Positions 57,655 to 64,000 of a stretch of DNA of 64,000 nucleotides are shown here, piece by piece (the first letter of the stretch is position 1; each line of letters begins with the position of its first letter). This stretch comes from Lysobacterales bacterium (GTDB lineage: Bacteria > Pseudomonadota > Gammaproteobacteria > Xanthomonadales > SZUA-5), in contig JBFWOF010000017.1 of the NCBI GenBank assembly GCA_050250665.1, positions 40,076-104,075 of the forward strand. The letters run 5' to 3'. The notes under the pieces were generated by a model. That model saw nothing but the letters and a program-made list of their open reading frames with translations, searched no databases and was not told the DNA's origin. The translations under genes were made by a program, and so were the position numbers.

Positions 57655-57860
57655 TGCGGGCACGGGGCACGGGAAAAGGCTACGAGGCTTGAGGCTCTTG
57701 TGGGTTTGGACTTGTCCGAACGCTTTTCGTCCGATTCGGAAAAGCGTGCAGATAAGTCTGGACCGACAGATTGCGAAGGATTCAGAGGCAGTGACGCTTG
57801 AGGACTCGGACTGGTCCCAGCCCGAGCTTCCCGTGCCCCCTGCCCCTTTCCCCCTGCCCC
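57655..57860. repeat. Composite MITE-like element: G-run arm, degenerate family A doublet, C-run arm
   Basis: gcgggcacggggcacggg (57655-57673), tttggacttgtccgaacgc...gcgtgcagataagtctggac (57704-57763), and cccccTGccccTTTcccccTGcccc (57836-57860). Confidence 0.75.
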
Positions 57861-57866
57861 AGCTAC

Positions 57867-58880
57867 TTACGCCGCCTTGTCCTGGGCGCCAGCCTGCAGC
57901 CAGCTCATGCGCGCACGCAGGCGCTTGCCGACCGATTCGATCGGGTGCGCCAGGTCACGCTCCAGCAGGGCCTTGTAGTTGGGGCAGCCGTTGGCGTTTT
58001 CGGCGATCCACTCGCGGGCGAAGGTGCCATCCTGGATTTCCTGGAGGATCTCGCGCATGGCCTTGCGTGAAGCGCCGTTGACCACCCGCGGACCGCGGGT
58101 CAAATCGCCGTACTTGGCGGTGTCGGAGACGAACTGGTGCATCCGTGCCATGCCGCCTTCGTACAGCAGATCGACGATCAGCTTGAGCTCGTGCAGCACT
58201 TCGAAATAGGCCACTTCCGGCTGATAGCCCGCCTGCACCAGCGTTTCGAATCCGGCCTGGACCAGTTCGGTGGCGCCGCCGCAGAGCACGGCCTGCTCAC
58301 CGAACAGATCGGTCTCGGTCTCTTCGGCAAAGGTGGTCTCGAGCACGCCAGCGTGGGCCGAACCCACGCCCCAGGCCCAGGCCAGCGCACGCGCCTTGGC
58401 AGTGCCAGTGGCGTCCTGGTGAACGGCGATCAGGCTGGGCACGCCTCGGCCTTCCTGGTACTGACGGCGCACCAGCTTGCCCGGTGCCTTCGGTGCCACC
58501 AGCGCCACGTCCACATCCTTGGGCGGAACGATGGTGCCGTAATGCACATTGAAGCCATGGGCAAACATCAGCAGCGTGCCAGCTTTCAGATTCGGCGCCA
58601 CCCATTGCTGGTAGGCCTTGGGCTGTTCGGTATCCGGCAGCAGCATGGAGATGACATTGGCGTCTTTTAGTGCCACCGACGGTTCCTTGGGCTTGAAGCC
58701 ATCGGCCTCGGCCTGAGCCCAGGTCTTGCCACCCGGACGCAGGGCGATGGTCACGTCAAAACCCGAATCCTTGAGATTCATCGCCTGCGCACGGCCCTGG
58801 CTGCCATAGCCCAGGATGACGATACGCTGGCCCTTCAGGGCTTCGGGTTGCACATCTTGATCGGAATAGAGTTTGGTCAT
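57867..58880 (-). CDS. ilvC: Ketol-acid reductoisomerase
   Basis: 337 aa. [19 protein letters not shown] Rossmann motif and a conserved class I KARI C-terminal half. Confidence 0.95.
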   Translation of the reverse strand: MTKLYSDQDVQPEALKGQRIVILGYGSQGRAQAMNLKDSGFDVTIALRPGGKTWAQAEADGFKPKEPSVALKDANVISMLLPDTEQPKAYQQWVAPNLKAGTLLMFAHGFNVHYGTIVPPKDVDVALVAPKAPGKLVRRQYQEGRGVPSLIAVHQDATGTAKARALAWAWGVGSAHAGVLETTFAEETETDLFGEQAVLCGGATELVQAGFETLVQAGYQPEVAYFEVLHELKLIVDLLYEGGMARMHQFVSDTAKYGDLTRGPRVVNGASRKAMREILQEIQDGTFAREWIAENANGCPNYKALLERDLAHPIESVGKRLRARMSWLQAGAQDKAA

Positions 58881-59001
58881 GGGGTGGGGCCTCGGGGTTG
58901 GGGTTGGGGGTCAGGGGCAAGCAGGAGTCAAACGTGAAACGTAAAACGTCAATTCGAAGCGCGCTCTGATTGACGTTTTACGTTTCACGTTTCACCTCTG
59001 C
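58881..59001. repeat. Six-run GGGG tract abutting the ilvC start, then an 81-bp family D hairpin with a 24-bp perfect stem
   Basis: ggggtggggcctcggggttggggttgggggtcagggg (58881-58917). attgacgttttacgtttcacgttt pairs perfectly with its complement across a 15-nt loop (58921-59001). Confidence 0.9.
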
Positions 59002-59061
59002 TTGCAGAGTACCTGCAGGAAACTCGGAGTGGGCGCCACCGGGCGCCCACTGACAACGTAT

Positions 59062-60720
59062 TCACCCACGCGCCCCTCGATGCGTCGGCGCGCCTTCGGA
59101 CGCCGATCCCACCAGTTGCGCGTATTTGGCGAGCACACCGTAGAGCTCGGTCGGCGCCTTGGGCACGTAGCTGACGGCGCGATCGGCCAGCGGCGCGGCC
59201 ACGTCGAGGATGCGCTGGTCCACGTCCAGCGTGATCACATCGCCGTCTTCGATCAATGCAATGGGCCCGCCTCTGGCGGCTTCCGGAGCGACGTGGCCGA
59301 CCATGAAGCCGTGGGTGGCGCCGCTGAAGCGTCCATCGGTAACCAGTGCCACCGAATCGCCCAGACCCACGCCCATCAGCGCGGCGGTGACGGCCAGCAT
59401 TTCCGGCATGCCGGGTGCGCCGGCCGGGCCTACGTGGCGGATGACGATGATGTCACCGGCCTGGATGCGGCCCTCCTGCACGGCAGCGAAGGCATCGGGC
59501 TCATTGTCGAACACCCGCGCCGGGCCGATGTGCTTGCGGCGGTCGTGGCCTACCAGCTTGACCACACAGCCTTCAGGCGCGAGCGTGCCGCGCAGAATGG
59601 CGATGCCACCCTCGGGCTTGATCGGCTGGCTCCATGGCCGCAGCACCTTCTGACTTTCGCGTTCGACCGCCGCATCGGCTTCGGCGTGCATCTGCTGACC
59701 GCTGACGGTCAACCCATTGTGCAATCGGCCCTGCTGTTTCAGGCGCTGCGCCACCAGGCGCAGTCCGCCGGCCAGGGTCATGTCCGGTGCAGCGTATTTG
59801 CCGCCTGGCTTGAGATCGGCCAGCACTGGCGTGCTGCGGCTGAGACGGTCGAAATCCTGCAGCGACAGGGCCACGCCAACTTCGCGGGCGATCGCCAGCA
59901 GATGCAGCACGGCATTGGTCGAACCGCCGGTGACCATCACCGCGGAAATGGCGTTCTCGAAGGCTTCCGCAGTCATGATCTGACGCGGGGTCAGTCCCGA
60001 GCGAACCATATCCATGACGGCCCGGCCGGCAGCCTGCGCAGCGGCGGGCTTGTCCGGATGCAGCGCCGGAAGATCGGTGCCATCCATGCTGGCGATGCCC
60101 AGAAAGGCCAGGGCCGTGGCCATGGTATTGGCGGTGAACTGGCCGCCACAGGCACCTGCGCCTGGACAGGCCTTGCCTTCCAGATCACGCAGCTCCTCAT
60201 GGCTCATCTTGCCGGCGGCACAGGCGCCGACGGCTTCGAACACATCCTGGATGGTGACATCGCGGCCCTGGAAGCGACCCGGCATGATCGAACCGCCATA
60301 GAGCGCCAGTCCCGGAATATTGATTCTGCCCAAAGCCATGGCCGCAGCCGGGATGGTCTTGTCGCAGCCGGTGAGCACCACCACGCCATCGAAGGAATGG
60401 CCACGCACGAACAGTTCGATGGTGTCTGCAATCCAGTCGCGCGACACCAGGCTGGCGCGCATGCCTGAAGTACCCATGCTGATGCCGTCGGAGACGACGA
60501 TGGTGTTGCCCTCGATCGGCGTACCGCCGGCGGCGCGCACGCCATCCTTGACCGCAGCGGCGAGTTCGCGCAAATGCATATTGCACGGGGTGACATCGCT
60601 GAAGGTGCTGACCACGGCGATCAGAGGCTTTTCCAGATCGGCCGTGCTCAGCCCGGTGGCGCGCAGCATGGCCCGGGCCGGGGCTCGATCGGGAAAAGCC
60701 TTGATGTTGTCGCTTTGCAT
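59062..60720 (-). CDS. ilvD: Dihydroxy-acid dehydratase
   Basis: 552 aa. [14 protein letters not shown] and later IlvD/Edd family motifs. Confidence 0.95.
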   Translation of the reverse strand: MQSDNIKAFPDRAPARAMLRATGLSTADLEKPLIAVVSTFSDVTPCNMHLRELAAAVKDGVRAAGGTPIEGNTIVVSDGISMGTSGMRASLVSRDWIADTIELFVRGHSFDGVVVLTGCDKTIPAAAMALGRINIPGLALYGGSIMPGRFQGRDVTIQDVFEAVGACAAGKMSHEELRDLEGKACPGAGACGGQFTANTMATALAFLGIASMDGTDLPALHPDKPAAAQAAGRAVMDMVRSGLTPRQIMTAEAFENAISAVMVTGGSTNAVLHLLAIAREVGVALSLQDFDRLSRSTPVLADLKPGGKYAAPDMTLAGGLRLVAQRLKQQGRLHNGLTVSGQQMHAEADAAVERESQKVLRPWSQPIKPEGGIAILRGTLAPEGCVVKLVGHDRRKHIGPARVFDNEPDAFAAVQEGRIQAGDIIVIRHVGPAGAPGMPEMLAVTAALMGVGLGDSVALVTDGRFSGATHGFMVGHVAPEAARGGPIALIEDGDVITLDVDQRILDVAAPLADRAVSYVPKAPTELYGVLAKYAQLVGSASEGAPTHRGARG

Positions 60721-60817
60721 GAAACCTCCGGGTTGGGAGGCTCTGCTTCGGTCCGGGGCGATTGCTCGGGGCCCCGGTTTCTCGTCCGAGTGCAGGGCCT
60801 TGGGTCTGTCCGTACGG

Positions 60818-60922
60818 CTAGGCGGCCTGCACTTGGCGCTCAGTAATGACGACTACTACGACTAGCGAGCCGACCGAGGTCAGGACAGAGTTCAGCTGGG
60901 TCGAGGTGAAGTCGTTGTGCAT
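60818..60922 (-). CDS. Candidate Val-rich leader peptide upstream of ilvD (34 aa: [34 protein letters not shown])
   Basis: Hand translation of the minus strand. ATG at 60922, TAG at 60820-60818, and a run LVVVVVI. It ends 97 nt before the ilvD ATG. No clear Shine-Dalgarno sequence and no U-tract terminator. Confidence 0.45.
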   Translation of the reverse strand: MHNDFTSTQLNSVLTSVGSLVVVVVITERQVQAA

Positions 60923-61111
60923 GGCAGCAAAGGTACAGGTCCGGGTGTGGGGGTTGTCAAGCCTTTTAGTAGAGCAGACCGACCAAAGTTCTATGCGCTA
61001 GTGCATTGGAACACCAGGACCGATCCGCCGTTCAGCCAGGAGTTGCCGGCAATGGCGTAGACAAGTGTCGGTCTGGACACGGAAATCCGCCGTATAGGAG
61101 CAGCGACCACG

Positions 61112-62170
61112 ATGCTGGATCTACCCGCAGTGGCAGCCTTCCTTGCCCTGGTTTTGTCATCCTCGCTGGCCGTAGGCGCGCTGATGCTGGCAGCGCGACT
61201 GTGGGTGGAGAGGGATCTGCCCGAGGCGCGCGCCGGTCTGGGCGTGCTCGGACCGATGGATACACAGAGCTTCACCGACCTGCTGGCCAGGGCCTGGACC
61301 CACAAGGGTCACCGGGTGCAGAACCGGGCAGACAGCGCCGATGGCCCGCGACTGCGGGTCCATAGCGAGGGACTGGTGTGGTTGGTTGATTGCCGTCATC
61401 GGCGCGACGAGCAGGTCGAGTCGGAACATGTCCGGTCCCTGATGCACGCGGTCGACAGTGAAGCTGTGGCCGGCGGCATTCTGGTCAGCGCCGGCCACTG
61501 CAGCGACAGTCTGAAGCGCTCGACCCGGGGCGAGCGCCTGCGCGTGGTCGATGGCGCCGGGCTGTGGGCCCTGGTGGAGCCGGCGCTCGCTCCCGAACTG
61601 CGTCGGCGCGCCGGCATCCGCATCAGCCTGCTGCGCACGCTACGCATCGGCCTGCCGCTGCTGAGTGGACTGGCACTCGGCGTTCTCGCGCTGCTGTTGG
61701 CCTGGCAACTGTTGGTCGACTCACCGCAGCCTTCGGCGCGCGCACGCGCGGCGCCGGCCGCAAGTGTGCCGCCACCAACGCCCGAACCGGCACAGCCACC
61801 CGAATTGCTGGCGCCGCCGTCGCCACCTGATGCCATCACCGCCGAGCGCGCCGCGCCGTTCAGCCCACGCGGCGCATCCTCGGAAAGCGACTCCGGCGCT
61901 GCCTTCGGCCAGGTCGCCGACGGCGACCCGGCGCGCGATCAGTTGATCGCCGATCTGGAATCCCTGAGCGACGTGCGCGAAGCCTGGTGGAGCAGCGATG
62001 GCCAGGTGCAGCTGTCAGTGCAATCAGCGATCGGGCCAGGATCACAGTCGGCCGAACAGATCTGCAGCACCCTCGAAACTGCCGGCCTGGGCGCGGGCGT
62101 CGAAGTCCGCTACCAGGTGATCGGCAATCATGGCTTCGAGGCCAGCAAGGGCGTGGTCGGCTGCCGGTAG
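61112..62170 (+). CDS. Membrane protein with restriction-endonuclease-like (Mrr_cat-like) domain, Pro-rich linker and unknown C-terminal domain
   Basis: N-terminal TM. The segment FTDLLARAWTHKGHRV...GLVWLVDCRHRRDEQVESEHVRSLMHAV...GGILVSAG resembles the Mrr catalytic-domain layout. Second TM, then a PPPTPEPAQPPELLAPPSPP linker. Weak call. Confidence 0.4.
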   Translation: MLDLPAVAAFLALVLSSSLAVGALMLAARLWVERDLPEARAGLGVLGPMDTQSFTDLLARAWTHKGHRVQNRADSADGPRLRVHSEGLVWLVDCRHRRDEQVESEHVRSLMHAVDSEAVAGGILVSAGHCSDSLKRSTRGERLRVVDGAGLWALVEPALAPELRRRAGIRISLLRTLRIGLPLLSGLALGVLALLLAWQLLVDSPQPSARARAAPAASVPPPTPEPAQPPELLAPPSPPDAITAERAAPFSPRGASSESDSGAAFGQVADGDPARDQLIADLESLSDVREAWWSSDGQVQLSVQSAIGPGSQSAEQICSTLETAGLGAGVEVRYQVIGNHGFEASKGVVGCR

Positions 62171-62182
62171 GGCGAGGGAAGC

Positions 62183-62562
62183 GGGGCACGGGGCACGGGG
62201 CACGGGGAAGTTGTGAGCCTTGAGCTTTTGTAGGTCCAGACTTGTCTGGACGCTTTTGCAACCATGCACCAAGAGCGTCCAGACAAGTCTGGACCTACAA
62301 AATCCGGTGTCATTGCCTGCCGACAGGCGCCCCCCTGTGGGAGCGGATTCATCCGCGATCAAGCGGCCTCGGTAGGAGCGACCTCGCGTCGCGACCGCGG
62401 TGTTTCGGTCTAAGGGCCAGGATCGCGAACCGCGGTGAGCTGTGATCAGAAGCGGAACGCAAAGAACGCAGAGAAACGCTGAGAACGCAGAGAAGAGCGT
62501 CTACAGATCCGCCTTGCTTCTCTCCGTGTCCTCTGCGACCCTCTGCGTTCTCCGCGTTGAAG
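62183..62562. repeat. Repeat island: (GGGGCAC)3GGGG, family A doublet, family C-like and GTAGGAGCG-type hairpins, family E element
   Basis: 62183-62207 G-runs. 62230-62298 gtaggtccagacttgtctggacgc...gcgtccagacaagtctggacctac. 62335-62397 ctgtgggagcggattcatccgcga and gtaggagcgacctcgcgtcgcgaccg. 62452-62562 family E. Confidence 0.9.
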
Positions 62563-62721
62563 CCCTGATCGGCGGCATGCGCCGTCTGCCAGTGCCCGCA
62601 AGCGCCGAGCTACCGGTCGCGCCACAAGGGCGCTCCTACAGGCGATGGGCCCTGCGGGATTCATCCGCGACCGGGCAAGCCGCCATCGCGGGCATAGCCC
62701 GCTCCCACAGTAGAGCAGCTC

Positions 62722-64000
62722 TCAGCCTCCCAGCTCGGCGACCCGCTTGGCCACGCGCTTGGCCGACACCGGTTCGGCGGTTTTCAGTTCCTGGGCAAAC
62801 AGTGACACCCGGAATTCTTCGATCAACCAGCGCAAGGCCGCTACCTCCGGATCGTCCGGCCTGGCTTTCATCAGCTGCTGGCAGGCGCGCCAGAAGGGCT
62901 GCACTTCCAGCAGCCGCGCCTGATCCTTGCCTGGATCGCGCTTGAGACGTTCGACCCGCAATCGCAGCGCTTCCAGATAACGCGGATAGTGTTCCAGGCG
63001 CTCGAATCCGACCTCGCCGACAAAACCCGGATGCACCAGCGCGTCCAGATGCTCGCGGGCGTCGGCCAGATTGGCGGTGGCGAAACCCATCAAGGGCGGC
63101 GTCAGCTCGGCGCGCAACTGCTTGATCGCCTTGAGCACGGCATCGACGCGCGTAGCCAGCTGCTGCACCTGGGGCCCGAGATCGCGGCGCATCCGTGCCA
63201 GCAAGGCCTGGAATTCGGCCCGCGTACGAATCCCCGGATGCTCTCGTAGGAGCGACCTCGCGTCGCGACCGCTGTGCGCCGCGCTTGCAACGATTTCGGC
63301 ATGCGCACCCGCCGGTCGCGACGCAAGCTCGCTCCTACTGGCGTCAGGGGTGACGATTGGCTTGCGAACTGCAGCAGCCAGCGCCTTGAAGTCGCGCACA
63401 TCCTGCGCCCGGGGCTTTGCCGCTTCTGGCTTCGGCGAGGCCTTCGGTTTCTGCGGCGTGTCTGCGAGCACCCGATCGACGGCAGCCTCGATCACATCGC
63501 GGCGCAAGCGCTCGATGCTGTCGACCACGCCGTAGGCCATCTGGGCGTCGGCCGACAGTTTCAGGTGTCGCTGCCAGTAGCGCAGCTGGTCGTCGATCTG
63601 GATCAACACCAGCCGGCGTACGCCGCGCGGATGGGCCGCCATGGCTTCGGCCGCATCGGCACAGGCGCGCAGGCCGACCTGGCTACCGTCGTCATACAGG
63701 GCCGGAAAGGCGCGCGCGCCGCCCTCGGCGCTGACTTCCAGCGGCAACTCGTCCAGTGGCCAGTCGCTGAGCTGGTCACGCTGGAATTCGGCGTCGACAC
63801 GCTCGGCGAAGGCGGCGCGTGCGGCCTCGGCAAAGCGCTCCTTGACCGCAGCCAGATCGCGCTCTTCGGTCAACACCTTGCCGTGCTCATCGACGATGCG
63901 CAGATTGAGGCTGAGATAGGCCGGCAGACTGCCGAGGTCGAAATCGGAATCGCGGATATCGATGCCCGCAACCTGGCTGAGATAGGCTGCCAGCGCGACT
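62722..64000 (-). CDS. hrpA: ATP-dependent RNA helicase HrpA, C-terminal part; gene continues past the window end
   Basis: The frame stays open to the window edge (…LSLNLRIVDEHGKVLTEERDLAAVKERF…). The C-terminal region (…EEFRVSLFAQELKTAEPVSAKRV…) matches the HrpA C-terminal region as I recall it. Confidence 0.75.
   Translation of the reverse strand, partial: VALAAYLSQVAGIDIRDSDFDLGSLPAYLSLNLRIVDEHGKVLTEERDLAAVKERFAEAARAAFAERVDAEFQRDQLSDWPLDELPLEVSAEGGARAFPALYDDGSQVGLRACADAAEAMAAHPRGVRRLVLIQIDDQLRYWQRHLKLSADAQMAYGVVDSIERLRRDVIEAAVDRVLADTPQKPKASPKPEAAKPRAQDVRDFKALAAAVRKPIVTPDASRSELASRPAGAHAEIVASAAHSGRDARSLLREHPGIRTRAEFQALLARMRRDLGPQVQQLATRVDAVLKAIKQLRAELTPPLMGFATANLADAREHLDALVHPGFVGEVGFERLEHYPRYLEALRLRVERLKRDPGKDQARLLEVQPFWRACQQLMKARPDDPEVAALRWLIEEFRVSLFAQELKTAEPVSAKRVAKRVAELGG
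63246..63338. repeat. 93-bp REPIN-like palindrome lying in frame inside hrpA
   Basis: The left arm gtaggagcgacctcgcgtcgcgaccg is identical to the intergenic copy at 62372-62397. The right arm cggtcgcgacgcaagctcgctcctac is its inverted complement (24 of 26 positions). Confidence 0.85.

Noticed and set aside
60753-60777. Classical rho-independent attenuator terminator for the candidate ilv leader
   Set aside because: The hairpin CCGGGGC...GCCCCGG is followed by a T-run only on the plus strand. On the minus (ilv) strand no U-tract follows, so I do not call a terminator.

Overview
GC-rich chromosomal segment, most likely from a gammaproteobacterium. This is an inference from gene content and from synteny with the Pseudomonas pyrC'-pyrB-pyrR-ruvX-algH-tonB3-gshB / pilG-pilH-pilI-pilJ-chpA-chpB-chpC region as I recall it. 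Gene content, left to right: (1) a 17.6-kb minus-strand gene train pilG-pilH-pilI-pilJ-chpA-chpB-chpC-holA-nadD-rsfS-rlmH-maf-rng. (2) gshB-tonB, a secreted DUF1501/DUF1800 pair, then algH-ruvX-pyrR-pyrB-pyrC'. (3) A TPR lipoprotein, an orphan ECF sigma factor, a TonB-dependent receptor preceded by rubredoxin, and thiE. (4) alr-glnE and gltX. (5) A small membrane protein and nupC-rbsK. (6) A c-di-GMP-rich stretch with three GGDEF proteins and a hybrid kinase, plus tRNA-Gly(CCC) and a lone thiS. (7) DUF819 and sppA. (8) ilvD-ilvC-ilvE with a candidate Val-rich leader peptide. (9) An Mrr-like membrane protein and the 3' part of hrpA. I see no prophage, IS element, CRISPR-cas or recognisable defence genes, so I cannot point to a clear new multi-gene system. 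What is unusual is mostly structural. Nearly every sizeable intergenic gap holds palindromic REP/REPIN/MITE-like elements from at least five sequence families. These include two tandem arrays (139 bp, about 5 units; 125 bp, about 3.4 units), a heptanucleotide microsatellite, GGGG-run tracts next to gene boundaries, and one 93-bp element inserted in frame in hrpA. Protein-level oddities are an RsfS with a Lys/Ala-rich repeat extension and a double-length ChpB whose acidic linker carries repeated CheZ/FliM-like motifs. All long ORFs antisense to these genes are treated as GC-driven shadow ORFs.
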